A stretch of 38,606 nt of DNA from Folioceros fuciformis (GCA_049999805.1 JBNGIO010004535.1:1-38606); one strand, 5' to 3'. Shown: positions 22,675-35,455, counted from the stretch's first letter. The notes: generated from the sequence alone by a model not told the origin. Numbers and translations are program-made.

Positions 22675-24392
22675 ATGGGCACTTCGGGATCAAAGTTGGA
22701 AAAGGTTCTGGGAGATCAGTTCCCAGAAGGCGAGCGGTACTTCGGATTGGAGAATTTCGGCAACACGTGCTATTGTAACAGCGTCCTGCAGGTGACAGCT
22801 CGGTGACATTGGAATTGGAGTTGGTGTGGCTGGCGATGTGGAGTTACCTCTGAATTTTTGAGAGGTTTGTACGCGCTTGCAGGCTCTGTATTTCTGCGTG
22901 CCGTTCCGAGACCAGGTGTTGGAGTGCCGTAGCCTCCCCAAACCTGCTGGGGAGGCAGAGGAAAATCTTTTGACCTGCTTGTCGGAATTGTTCACACAGG
23001 TATGCCGTTGCTGCTCAACGACTTATTATTACCTCTGTGCCTGTGGGTTCTAATATGACATTCTTAGCTTTTTCTTTCTTCCGCCCTTGCAGATAACCTC
23101 CCAAAAGAAGAAGACTGGAGTGATTCAACCAAAGCGTTTTGTGCAGAGAGTCAAGAAGCAAAATGAGCTTTTCAGGAGCTACATGCACCAAGTATGTGAT
23201 AGCATGTTGTGTCGTGGCATGTGCCACAGGAACAGGTGGTCCATCTTTTACTCAGTTCTGTCTCCCTTGTATCATATGGACAGGATGCCCACGAGTTTCT
23301 GAATTTTCTTCTGAACGAGCTTGTTGATATTCTCGAAAAAGAGGCCGCCGAAACTGCAAAGTCGGCCTCTGGTAGCCTGGTCCAGTCAGAGAAGGTCTCG
23401 AACGGGAACGTGAACGGACGGACAAATGGTAACCATGAGAAATCTGCAGCAACCTGGGTGCATAAGATATTTCAGGTGAAGGAGGAAGCTGCCGGACCTC
23501 TGCTTTCTTTTGCCTGCCACTGGATTTGCACGTGTGTCTGCCTCTATTCGTTTTGTCTTTGGCACTGAGAGTCCCTTCTGTGGTAAACGACGTCTTACAG
23601 AGTGCAGCTTTAACTTCTTCTTTAAATCTGCAGGGCACTCTTACGAACGAGACTAGATGCCTACGGTGTGAGACCATCACAGCCAGGGATGAGACATTTC
23701 TTGATTTGAGTTTGGACATCGAGCAAAACAGCTCCATCACAAGCTGCCTGCGGAATTTCAGCTCCACCGAGACACTGAATGCTGAAGACAAATTCTTTTG
23801 TGACAAATGCTGCAGGTTGGCAAAGCCGAACCTCGGACAGTTCAACAGAAGCATCCTGTCCTTGTTTCTTTCTCCGTTTGAAATGTTGCACGATGACGGT
23901 AGCTGTCCTAACCCTTGTTGTCATGGCAGCTTGCAGGAGGCGGAGAAAAGAATGAAGATCAAGACACCCCCTCGGATTCTTGCGCTGCATCTTAAACGTT
24001 TCAAGTACATGGAGGCGCTTCAGAGGTACAAAAAGCTTTCATATCGTGTTGTGTTTCCCTTGGAGTTGAAGTTGGTCAACACGACAGATGATGCTCCCAA
24101 TTCCGAGGCAGAGTACTCCTTGTTTGCAGTTGTGGTGCATGTGGGCACTGGTCCCAACCACGGCCATTATGTCAGCCTTGTCAAGAGTCACAATCACTGG
24201 CTGTTTTTTGATGATGAAAATGTGGAGATCATCGACGAGTCGATAGTACAGACCTTTTTTGGGTCCACACAGGAGTACGCAAACAACACAGATCATGGTT
24301 ATATCCTATTTTACGAGAGTCCGGAGCAGAGACCTAAGGTTGGACAGAATCCCTTGCCTGATTTTAGAAAGGCCCAGGCCAAGCCTCTGTGA
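22675..24392 (+). CDS. UBP3: Ubiquitin-specific protease UBP3/UBP4 (USP12/46-like)
   Basis: Exons 22675-22791, 22883-22999, 23093-23191, 23284-23475, 23634-23815, 23930-24392. [11 protein letters not shown]-terminus, Cys box [29 protein letters not shown], His box [17 protein letters not shown]. Confidence 0.95.
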
Positions 24393-24888
24393 TGATAGAG
24401 CGGTGGCATTCCTGGTTTGGGCCAGTAATCATACCGACCCTGGTGGTCGAGATTACTTGTGAAGTGATGACTTTGTAACTTGCGAATGACGTGATACGTG
24501 ACTCTGAATCGAGAAAGACAGCAGTCTGGGAAAGCATACCGGCCAATGACGGTGATACGTGGCTCTGATCAGACCAGAATGCCAATTATTTCATGTAGAT
24601 GACACCGATTGTTCAATTCGGCTGGGGCTGCAATCTGCTCCCAATGAAATTTATGGGCAGTTGGAAATGTCCTCCCCAATTGACAGTGTGGACAGTTGGA
24701 AACCTCTCCTATGGGAAACTTTATCAGAGCCTACTGAAATATGAACGTAATGTAAGTTTTGTTGCTTGCAAAGAATCGAGCCGATCTAGAGTTGGACGAA
24801 TTTAGTCGTGTGTGTCGAAGTTTGCCAACGACTGCGGCTGGCTTTCTGTCGAATGCGACCAGAGGTCTGTCAGATGCGGCCTCCTTTC

Positions 24889-26171
24889 TCACCCCAATTC
24901 AATATCTTGGTAGGTAGCATCAGCTCTCTTATCAGATTTGTTCAGCATATTCACTACTTGCTTCATTGTCGGTCTTCTATCCCTCGTGTCTGCTAAACAA
25001 GCCAAGGCCACCTGCACGCATTCACAGACAGTGAGACTTGTGTTCATTGGCGTACGATGAAAGACGTGCAAAGAGTGGGTCAGTCTAGGATCAAGGCAGA
25101 CAAAACTGGAAACCTTGGCCACTTCTTCGATGCTCTGGAAGTCCTCGAGAGTGAGGCTGTCATACATAGTGCGATCAATGATCTCCCGAACTCGATTCTG
25201 CTTGATGAAAGGGACACAACGAGCCCTGATCTCGGGCTCCAATGAAGCCTGGTCCCAAGGACCTGTGCAGTTATTAGCTCCAGCAGCAGCGCCCCGAAGC
25301 TGAAAACATCTGATTTCTCTGTGAGCTGCCCGCTTCCATGGTACTCGGGATCAAGGTAGCCGAGAGTGCCCATCACTTTAGTGAAAACGTGGGACTTGTC
25401 GTGGGCCAATCTCGAAATGCCAAAATCTGCAACCTTGGCATCGAAGCTGCTATCCAGCAAAATGTTTGCCGACTTCACATCCCGGTGGAAAATGGGGGGC
25501 CTGGCCAACACGTGCAGATACATGAGGGCCTCGGCAGTGTGGATAGCAATATTCAGCCTTCTGCCCCAGTCTAGCTCAGTGATTTTCCCCTGACGAGCGT
25601 CTTGCAGGTGGTCCCATACGGTGCCGTTGGGGATGAACTCGTACACTAACAGGGGCACCTCATTCTCAATACAGCAGCCCAGAAGCCGCACCAGATTGCG
25701 GTGATTCAACTGGGACAGAATGTGAACCTCGTTCAGGAAGTCTTCCAAGTTCTTGGTTCCAGCATCGTTGGATTTCTTGATGGCCACCACCCTGCCGTCG
25801 TCGAGCCATCCCTTGTACACCGTGCCGAATCCTCCCTTTCCAAGCGCAGTATCAGGAGAGAAATCTTCCGTTGCCTTCTGCAACTCTCGGTACTGGAACA
25901 AAGTACAACGAGAGCTCCACGTCGCTTTCACTCTCTCAAGATACGAGGGATGCCTGGAATCAAGAGTTTTCGGCAATTCAGACACGGCGACATCTGTAGG
26001 TGTGGACATCTGAAAGGTAACATCTGGCACCCGGAAGTTTTCGAGAGTCTCCTTCCGTTTGAAAACGTAGCAACATAGCGCGAACTTGACGATGATGAGG
26101 CCCATAGCGCCGAGGGCGATCGAGGACGCAACGATGGCGAATACCACGGCGGAGGAGAGCACAAGGAGCAT
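24889..26171 (-). pseudogene. Receptor-like kinase with N-terminal membrane anchor and WAK/LRK10L-like kinase domain, frameshifted
   Basis: Hydrophobic N-terminal segment, GKGGFG, VAIKK, HRDVKSAN, DFG, GTLGYLDPEY. The frame shifts near 25262 (ELITAQ / PWDQ...CVPFIK in another frame). Last intron at 25012-25113. Confidence 0.8.
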
Positions 26172-27374
26172 GCACGATCACTCAACATGCTACCTGAGGG
26201 TTCGCAGCTAGTACCGGGCTAGGATTGAGCCTCTTGCTGCTTACCTATGAAAATTGTGTCACTCGGTCCTCCGTCCGCTGCATCATCATCAGACTGTCAT
26301 GAGAAAGCTTCGCCCCTAAGCTTCAACCACCTTACTGCACATCAAAACCTTCCAGAATCTCGAGCAACCAGGCCCTGCCAGGATAGAATCAAGACCTGCT
26401 AGGAAAGCGTCTTACAAGGTGAGTTACCTTGTGCAAGGCACTTGGTTCGAAACCAGAAGAGGACTAGAATCCATCGCATCCAGGCAGTGAGCGGCGAAGG
26501 CCCCGTTGCTGCCCTGCCCATGGCTTATGCGCTTCACAGTGGCTGCACCGTCGATCCCTGTCACCTTTCTAAGGCCAAGGAAGTGTAACACAGCACCTAG
26601 TTGGGATACTTGCCCGACTTCGTCAGAGACGTTAAAGATCTGTGGATCTTCGATGGACGTCTGCCTCCACATCTGTCATTTTGTATGCATTTCTGCCTAC
26701 GTCTGCTTCGAGAGAAGTTCCGGTGCTCCAGGGCTCTCCTGCTACATGTTAGACTTATCTCGTAGGGAGACAAGTCAATTGGGGAAGGTTGCACCCGGGG
26801 CAGGTGCAAAGCGGTCAGTCAAAGGAAACGCGGGGTCGCAGTCTCCCAGCATTTCCCATTGCCATGCTGTGACCGTGTAGCCACTGGCATCCCTGGGCTG
26901 GATATAACTTTGTCCTCAAGCTGTGCACCAAAGTTCGGCCTTCCGCGCGCTGCTCCAGACCTGCGGCAATGGGGCTAGCCGTAAAAATCAGGTGGCCAGG
27001 TCTGGGCCCCACCTATCCACTCGTGCAGCCGTGCCATGCTTCATGTATGACATCCATGGCTTGTGCATAGGGATACGGTCAGCATCTACGTATGGTTTTG
27101 CAGGGCACCGGCAACCGGTGAAAAACGGGCTGGCCATGCAGATCACGAGCGAACTACTGTCCTTGTTCTACAGCGCACACTATTACACTATACGCAATAT
27201 ACGTATACGAATACGCGTATATCTTCAATTAAATATTGACTTGCGCCTGCTTGGAACCAAGTCCCGCTTCTTCAGATTCTGCGGGCAGAACCAAGTCTCG
27301 CTTCTCGTCTTCCACGGGCAGAGATAGGCAAGTGTGTGTCTGCGTAGAAGGTTTGCCATTCCATTTTGGAGCCC

Positions 27375-27480
27375 CATGGATTTGAAATTGCACCCTATGG
27401 ATTTATAGGCTACAGGAATCTAAAGCCCATGGATTTATAGGCTGCAGGAATTTAAAGCCCGTGGATTGCAAGGCTGCAAA
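27375..27480 (+). repeat. ~32-bp degenerate tandem repeat
   Basis: ccatggatttataggct(a/g)caggaat(c/t)taaagc, about 3 copies. Confidence 0.65.
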
Positions 27481-27831
27481 TAAGAAGGTCATGAAGGCAA
27501 CAAGGCACTATAGTGAATGGAAACTAAATCCACAAATCTTGTAGAGAGAAAAACTAGGGCGTGCAACCCTGCCATTGTCCTGAAAAACAAGGCATGTGAT
27601 TATCTACCATTGGCTTCTATGCATTCTCTTTGCCACCTCCTATATTCCAAGTGATTTTTTTCTTTTTGCCTTGGGAAGGAAAAAGAAATGTCTCAACCTC
27701 ACTGCATTGCTTGGTCCTTCAACTAGCATAAAAGGTAGTAATGACCTGCATTCCGGCTGTCCGCCAGTCTCTTGCATTTGGGCTATGAGCTGTTTCACAG
27801 CCAACAAAGTATTCTCCACAAGGACATCAGC

Positions 27832-28270
27832 AAGCAATAATTAATGGTGATTGGAAAAAGAATTGAACACCCAAAGTGAGGATGTAAAGAAAACCTTGCA
27901 CTGCAGCTTCCTGATCACATTTCCTGATCACATATACTCCAAAATGCACATAAAATACATCATTTTGTTTGCCTTGCTAAGACAAACAGAATGGTATATA
28001 GCATGCAACAATTAGTGAAGAATGGAGAAAGAATTGAACACCCAAAGTCAGGATGTGAAGAAACCCTTGCATTGCAGCATCTTGATCAAATGTGCTCCAA
28101 AACGCACACACAAAACATCATTTTGTTTGCCTTGCTGAGCCAAATAGCATGGTGTACAGCATGCAACAATTAGTGAAGACTAGAGAAAGAACTGAACACC
28201 GAAAGTCACGGTGAAGAAAATCTTTTCTTGCATCATGGTGTTCTAAAATACACACAAAATGCATCATTCT
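27832..28270 (+). repeat. ~160-170-bp degenerate tandem repeat x2.5-3
   Basis: gaa(t/c)tgaacacc at 27860, 28031 and 28189, with shared downstream blocks (aaaatacatcattttgtttgccttgct). Confidence 0.75.
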
Positions 28271-28462
28271 ATTTGTGTTGGTAATAAGCAATACGGATGC
28301 ATCGTTTGGTGGTAAGCGAGGTCAGGAAAACACATCATTCTATTTGTGTTGGTAGTAAGCAATATGGGTGCATCATTTGGTGGTAAGCGAGGTCAGGAAA
28401 ACACATCATTCTCTTTGTGTTGGTAGTCAGCAGTACCGGTGCATCATTTGGTGGTAAGCGAG
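28262..28462 (+). repeat. 71-bp tandem repeat x~3
   Basis: catcattct(a/c)tttgtgttggt at 28262, 28333 and 28404. Confidence 0.9.
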
Positions 28463-28469
28463 ATCAACT

Positions 28470-28798
28470 ACGATCACCATTATCCATCCAAGAGCGCGGT
28501 CAGCTAGGATGGCCGTTGTCCATCTAAGGAGCGCGGTCGCCGTTGTCCATCTAAGGATTGTCCATCTAAGGAGAGCGGTCAGCTAGGATCGCCGTTGTCC
28601 ATGTAAGGAGCGCGGTCAGCTAGGATCGCCGTTGTCCCTCTAAGGAGCGCGGTCAGCTAGGATCACCGTTGTCCGTCTAAGGAGCGCGGTCAGCTAAGAT
28701 CACCGTTGTCCGTCTAAGGAGCGCGGTCAGCTAGGATCACCGTTGTCCATCTAACGAGCGCGGTCAGGTAGGATCACTGTTGTCCATCTAACGAGCGC
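28470..28798 (+). repeat. 37-bp minisatellite, ~8-9 copies
   Basis: Unit gagcgcggtcagctaggatc(g/a)ccgttgtccatctaag, head-to-tail with no spacers and some truncated units. Confidence 0.92.
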
Positions 28799-29450
28799 CA
28801 ACTCCAATTTCGTACCCCGCGGTGTAAGCAAATCACGAGGGTGAAACGAGGGTTTCAACACCTAAAACATAATTGGTGGCAGATTGACGATCAAGCCTAT
28901 ACTGTATGTATATAATAGTGTATGTATGATGGTCACATGTTATGTGGCAACCTTTCCAGGCACACTCGTGTAAGAACAGTGTCAGTGGGGCCCGGAACTG
29001 GCCACCACCTGATTTTTACGGCTAGCCGGCAATTGTGCCGTCTCTCCTGGCAGGGACATACGCCATGCCTGGTGCAGCTTTGAGTGAGCAGCAGTGGAAC
29101 GGGACTGGATGGTAGCCCCCCTCTCGCGCTGGTCTCTCCACTTGTAGGACGAGAAGCTGGTCAGTGCGATAGGTCCTCATGGCAAGCCATTCTGCTGTTT
29201 GCTCATCTGTCTGCAAACAATTATTCCAGGCCTGTGACAGCCCTTCGAGGGGGCAACCGCCAGAAGCTGACCGGACCCTGTTTAGATCGCCATAGGGCAG
29301 CATACGGAAGAGCAGCTGGTCTCTGGTACTTGGCACTCCTTCCCCTGGGAGGAAAAGGATGCCGGATGCAACACGAAAGACTAACTGGTCATCAGAACGG
29401 GCCATCGACAGTACCCATGGGCAAACTCCGCTGGGATAGCAGCATCACGA

Positions 29451-31072
29451 CTAAGCCCTAGGCCCAGACAGTTCTATCGCCTGCAGAGGCTCTGAGCCGG
29501 AAACAGAGCTCGACAATTTCGGATGTTTCCGGAAGCTGCCACCGGTCGGCAAGACTTCACTCTCCAAACCATCACCCTGATAGAAAGCATCGGATTCAGC
29601 GCTAAAATCAGATGCGCCCACTTTGTTCAGTTCGCCCAATACTTGTGTCATTGTTGGTCTTCTATCTCTCGTGACTGCTAGACAAGCCACAGCCACCTGC
29701 AGGCATTTGTTTGCAGAAGGTGAGTGTCCCTTGGTGTACTATCAAGCATGTACTGAAACTGCTCATTCCCAAAAAGAGGGGCCAACAAATCCACAAACCT
29801 TTGCGACTCCTTTGATGCTCTCGAAGTCCTTTGGACTTAGGCTGTCAAGCAGAGTGCGATCAATGATCTCCTGAACTCGGTTCTCCCTGATCAAAGGGAC
29901 ACAGGCCTCACTGAGGTGGGTGACCTGCGATGAAGAGCTGTCCACGGGTTTCTGTGCAGTTATCAACTCCAGCAGCACCACCCCGAAGCTGAAGACATCT
30001 GTCTTGTCTGTGAGCTGCATGTTTCGGAAGTAGTCAGGATCAAGGTACCCGAGAGTGCCCTTCACAGCAGTGGAAACGTGGGTCTTATCTTCCTCCACCA
30101 ATCGGGAAAGGCCAAAATCTGCAACCTTGGCATTGAAGCTGGCATCCAGCAGAATGTTGGCCGACTTCACATCCCGGTGGAAAATGGGAGGGCTTGCCTT
30201 GATGTGCAGGTATTCCAGCGCCTCGGCAGTCTGGATAGCAATCTTAAGCCTTATGCTCCACTCCAGCTCAGTAGGTCGGCCCTGACGAGCTTGCTCCAAG
30301 TGCTCTCGAAGGGTGCCGTTGGAGATGAACTCGTACACCAGCAAGGGGACCTGCGTTTCCACACAGCATCCCAGAAGCCGGACCAGATTTCTGTGGTTTA
30401 CCTGGGACAGAGTGGCCACTTCATTCACAAACTGTTCCAAGTCCTGAGCTCCCCCATGCTTGGATTTCTTGATGGCTACCACAACTCCATTAAGAGATCC
30501 CTTGTACACCGTGCCAAATCCTCCGCTCCCTATCTGCTCGTAGGGAGAGAAATTCTGTGTTGCGTTTTGCAGCTCCTGGTAGTCGAAGAAAGTACATCGA
30601 GCACCCCCACTTGCTTTCAACTTCTTGAGAACTCCTGAGTAACCAGGCATGTTCCGCCCCTCGGAGTCAGCATAGGGGTGCGAGTGTTCGGACCGCCCCC
30701 GCCTTCGGTATCTGTCAATACCAAAGACTGCTAGGACGGCAGCGCTGATCACAACCACAAAGGGAATGATAATAGCTGCACGCAGAGGAGCGAGCAACGA
30801 TGCACATCAGGTCACATTTCTGCCTTGCCAATCGCCGACCAAAATTTGATGCTCAGGAGTCTGCAGCTCCAGCTCACATGTAGTGTGTAGTGTTGGCTAC
30901 CTGCAAGTGGAAGAGTCACTTTCTTTGACGATGCGGGTGCGCCCCCTACACCTCCTGGACTTGGCGCTGGGGTTGATGGCGGCTGTGCCGAACTTTGGCC
31001 TGGGCAAGTGAAAGGAAAGCCCAGCAGGACTGAAATCCATAGCAGCCAGGAAGCCAGCATTCCATAGCCCAT
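29451..31072 (-). CDS. Receptor-like kinase with signal peptide, short Pro/Ser/Ala-rich ectodomain, TM helix and WAK/LRK10L-like kinase domain
   Basis: Exons 31072-30901, 30775-29799, 29696-29451 (phase-compatible GT-AG). MGYGMLASWLLWISVLLG signal, QPPSTPAPSPGG, TM followed by RYRRR, GSGGFG, HRDVKSAN, DFGLSR, GTLGYLDP, RPTM. Confidence 0.88.
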
Positions 31073-31526
31073 AGATGGTGACTCCGCAACACAACCCCAA
31101 TACAGTACACAGTTGCCTCAAGAAAGAGGCATCTGGGGCTGTGGCCCTGTACCGTATTGCAGATAGGGGCAGGTCAATCTGCGACAGTTCATCGGCTTTT
31201 TTGACAGGCAAGATTTGCTCGCTGCCAGGCCCCCGCGATTGGGTGGTCCCCAGACCCGCGTTGACCTCCGAACCTCTTGTCCTTATCCCGCTCCATCCAG
31301 CCCCGAGTTCATGTCATATCCGCCTCCCACATTCACGTCCTCTCCCCCACATCCCTTCCTCTCCTTCGCCACCCCGATTCCTCGCGTAGCAAACAATTTC
31401 AGCTTCCAGGCTGCGGGCTTCCTCACCTGGAACCTCCATTCCAGAATCCGGTCCTGGATTGCCGATTTCCTTGCGTGGGCATTCCAACAGCCCCTCCAAG
31501 TTCACAGACCGTCACGGTTGAAGGCC

Positions 31527-31760
31527 ATGGCCGGGGGCGGGGTTGCGTGCTGCACGTTTCTGCTGCTTCACCTGACGAGCTCGGAGAACCTGCCTCCAGC
31601 AGCAGAGATCTATTGGGCGGCTCCATCAACCCGATCTTCTACAAGAAATGGTGCCCTCAGTTTTGCACGATCGTGAGCACTGAAGCAAAACCTGCTGGCT
31701 CAGGACGTCCAGCATACTGGACCCACCTGCTCCGTCTCCTTTTCCATAATGCCGTGGTGA
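31527..31760 (+). pseudogene. Class III peroxidase exon-1 relic
   Basis: INPIFYKKWCPQFCTIVSTE...HLLRLLFHNAVV matches the class III pattern LSxxFYxxSCPxxExIV...SLLRLHFHDCFV. A signal-peptide-like MAGGGVACCTFLLLHL lies in another frame. No downstream exons recognised. Confidence 0.65.
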
Positions 31761-33223
31761 ATCTACCTGCCCTGAGGTGCACGTCTGAGCTCGAAGCTGC
31801 ATCTGCAGACCTCGGCCATCCTTGTGTCTCAGATCAACGTGTGCGGTACGTCTGTCTGAAATTTACAGGGGTGAGAAGGATTTAACGATTCCTACCACGC
31901 CTCCGGTTGGATTCAACGCCATGTCGCCAATTCTGTATTGAATTCTCCTCGCTCTCCGTTCCACACCAAGCACAGGAGCCGCCGGAAGACGAAAGAAGAA
32001 TTTTATTATGATTTGAAGGGCGGATCTGCTTGTACCATGATAGACCTAATCACTTCCTTCGAAGGGCTATCCTTCGAAAATCTTAGTCTGGATTTGAGGA
32101 CTTGATGCTTACTCCCAGAGTTCTTCTAACCTTGTGTGTCCATTTGGCCCAAGGGTCCATCCATCACCTTCCAACCACAACTTCCTCAAACTCACCCACA
32201 TCACTTATAATACCCAGAAAGGCTTAACAATACACATTCCCCAATTTACAAACTCCCACATAAATTAGAACCAACACTTCCTAAACTGCATTCTAACATC
32301 AAAACTTCAAAAGCATGTCTTAGAGTAACATCACACATTATCAAAACTTCAAAAGTATATCTTACAGTAGCATCACACATCATCTTGTCACAGAAGGATC
32401 AACTCCTTTTCAAAACGATCAAAATGGAAACAAGAATGATAAGAACAATCACAGCATGCAACATCCAAATCAAAAACATAAAATTTAATCTACTCTATTC
32501 TTTTGAGCTATGGAAGAACACCGAACTCCATAATCCTACTAGGCCCAAATAGAGAGATGTGCAATACAACTTCCGCACCACTCGCATAAGAGTAGCAAAA
32601 TATGGTCTTAGTCTTTGAGAATATGCTGAGCACAAGATGAACAACAAGAGGCTTGTTGCAAGCATAAAAAAAAGTGTAGCGCACACAGCACATAGCAGGG
32701 ATTGTAGATAAGCCTACAACCCACAAAATATTGTTTTTCGGGAACACCAAGAAATGAGGTTTGTGCCCCAACACCATAGAGACCAAGAAGAACACCAAAT
32801 ATGATCTCATGGGCCTCCAAAGACTCAAAATGTCTGCCTGCTCCTCCATCTCATTGTGAGATTCTGTGCTCTCAATGTCTATAGTACAATGCAAAGGCAT
32901 GGTTTCTAAAGCGTAATTTATAGGGCCTGCCATCAGGAGGAGGGATGAATAGCAAGATGTGGCCAAACAAATGAACTTTAACGACCTCCCTCTCCCATAT
33001 GAGATCACTTTGTCTCCTCTTGTTATGTGAGTTTATGAATGATATGTGTATAGCTATCTTCATAAATCCCAAATTAGCAACTTACAGTTTCCTCCCTTCT
33101 GATGATCAAGGGATGGAGCATGGTGTAGCTCCATAAATATAGCTTCCATTTGTTTATGATTTCATAATTTGCTTCTTGCCAATCCTAAGACAACACATAT
33201 TAATCTTTCCCGACCTTCAAAAT

Positions 33224-33327
33224 TAGTAGGACCAAAATACACAAAGTTAGTAGGACCAAAATACACAAANNNNNNNNNNTTAGTAGGACCAAAATACACA
33301 AAGTTAGTAGGACCAAAATACACAAAG
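33224..33327 (+). repeat. 24-bp tandem repeat spanning an N-gap
   Basis: ttagtaggaccaaaatacacaaag, about 4 copies. Gap at 33270-33279. A (TA)n tract follows at 33362-33385. Confidence 0.8.
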
Positions 33328-33831
33328 ACAGTTGATAAACATATGCTTTTAGAAAATGATGTATATATATATATATATATATATAACTTTTCATGAAAGT
33401 ATGAATGTCGGATTTGAACCCAAGATTATTCAACAAAGCATCTGAAACTCAGTGGCCATCCATCTAATTGTGTACGCATTCATTTTGGAATTCATTTTGG
33501 AACACCCGAGCAGCGGGATTTTACTGTCCTTCACGCTTACTGGTAATGACGCATTTTATAACACACAGGTTACTAGATACGATCAAAACTTGACACAATC
33601 TGAGACACGGACACTCTCCGAATTCCTCTCCTCTCCGAACATGCCTTCTCATGTTCAGGAGCGATTATCGGTTTTCCCCGATGCGCACCGAGGGCACCAA
33701 CCCATTTGGAGAAAACCGCGCGCCAACGATCGCCAGTCCCATGATTGAGAACTGACAAGCCGGTCGGGGTGGGTTCGCATATACACAGGCTCGCCGGTTA
33801 AAGTGTGAATGAATCCGGCTTCATCGGGAGC

Positions 33832-34736
33832 TCACTCTCTCAAGATATGCGGGATGCGTGGAATCAAGAGTTTTCGGCACTTCAGGCACGGCGAGATCTG
33901 TAGGTGTGGACATCTGAAAGGTAACATCTCGATTCCGGAAGTTTTCGAGAGTCTGCTTCCGTTGGGAAACGTAGCAACATAGCGCGAGCTTGAAGATGAT
34001 GACGGAAATAATGACGATAAAGTATACGGACGCACAGACGAGGCCAATAAATGCGGAGGAGAGCACAAGGAGCATGCACGATCAGTCAACATGCTACCTG
34101 AGGGCTCGCAGCTAATACCGGGCTAGAGTTGAGCCTCTTGCTGCCTGCCTGTGATAACTCTGTCATTCGCTCCTCCGCCAGCTGCATCATCATCAGACAT
34201 GACATGAGAAAGCTTCGACCCTAAGCTTCAATCACCTTACTGCACATCAAAACCTTCCAGAATCTCGAGCAACCAGGCCCTGCCAGGATAGAATCAAGAC
34301 CTGCTAGGAAAGCGTCTTACAGTCTGAATTGCCTTGTGCAAGGCACTTTGTTTGAAACCAGACGAGGACTAGAATCCACCGCATCCAGACAGTGAGCGGC
34401 GGAAGCCCCGTTGATGCCCTGCCCATGGCTTATGCGCTTCACACTGCCTGCACCGTCGATCCCTGTCACCTTGCTGAGGCCAAGGAAGTGTAACGCAGCA
34501 CCTAGACGGGATATTTGCCGGACTTCGTCGGAGACATTAAAGATCTGTGGATCTTCGATGGACGTCTGCCTCCACATCTGTCATTTTGTTTGCATTTCAG
34601 CAAATGGTCTGCCTACGTATGCCGTCTGCTTTCATACAAGTTCCGGGGCTTCAGGATTCGCCTGCCACATATTAGACTTATCTCGTAGGGAGACACGTCA
34701 ATCGGGGAAAGTAGCACCCGGGGCAGGTTTACAGCG
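33832..34736 (-). pseudogene. Truncated duplicate of the 5' part (upstream region + first ~80 codons) of the 24889-26171 kinase gene
   Basis: Colinear with about 25928-26813. MLLVLSSA...ETLENFR...KTLDS.HP.YLERV is followed by an abrupt loss of homology and a stop at 33821-33823. Confidence 0.9.
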
Positions 34737-35222
34737 GGGGGTCGCAGCGGAAATTTGCTGTGTCTTGCTCGCGTATGGCATACCAAAGGGCACACGCCCC
34801 CTCTCTCTAGGTTTTTTTTACAAACACACGGGTTATGCGTCCGCTTGGGCGCGTAAACGTAACCCTATACCCAAAACCAAACCGGTCCGGTTTGCAAGCA
34901 CGGGCGCCCCCACCTATGGTTTGGGGGTGTTTGGGCTTTCTGCCCTAAGATCGCCCGGTATCCAGCCCAAAACGGGCTGTAACCCTTGAGCCAATGTCCC
35001 CTTTGGTGCGGCGTTTGGTTTGGTCGGTTTATCAAAAGGAATACGAAAAATATGGGTATCAAAAGGGAATATTCGACTAGATACCTATGAGAAACCCTTA
35101 GAAAATGTATAGTGAGAGAGTGTCCCTTTGTATGCCATACACGCTTCCTGGGTAAGAAATCATTTTATGACATATAGTTAGTAAATACGAACACAACTTG
35201 AAATTGCGTGCCTCTCATGTAG

Positions 35223-35455
35223 GCCAATTCTACAATGCTGATTTTGGCAGACTGGATGAGGATTCTCAAGCTAGAAGTACGTACAAACAGGAGCTGAATT
35301 ACCTCCAAATTTACAGGAGTAGGGAGGTGAGACGAAGCTATTTCACATCGACCTGGACCACGCTTTTTGCCATGGCGCATGGAGGGTCGCTGGTGTTGAG
35401 AATCAGACTTGATGTTGTAAGTCGCTGGTGTTGAGAATCAGACTTGATGTTGTAA
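35223..35455 (+). pseudogene. ALG14: ALG14 (UDP-GlcNAc transferase subunit) internal exon fragment
   Basis: YLQIYRSREVRRSYFTSTWTTLFAMAH...LRIRLDV resembles the ALG14 motif QIYRSREVGQSYxTSxxTTL. It is flanked by an AG acceptor (~35222) and a gtaagt donor. No other exons recognised. Confidence 0.7.

Noticed and set aside
21166-22680. Numerous short ORFs between TDP2 and UBP3
   Set aside because: No recognisable domain or consistent exon chain; probably UTR or promoter sequence.
26424-26880. ORFs conserved with 34317-34989 as a novel gene family or conserved uORFs
   Set aside because: The similarity is explained by the recent segmental duplication; no evidence of coding constraint.
28470-28798. 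37-bp repeats as a CRISPR array
   Set aside because: Units are contiguous with no unique spacers, there are no cas genes, and the context is eukaryotic.
29022-29461. ORFs of 125-127 aa on both strands
   Set aside because: No recognisable motifs; they lie in the probable 3' UTR of the kinase gene.
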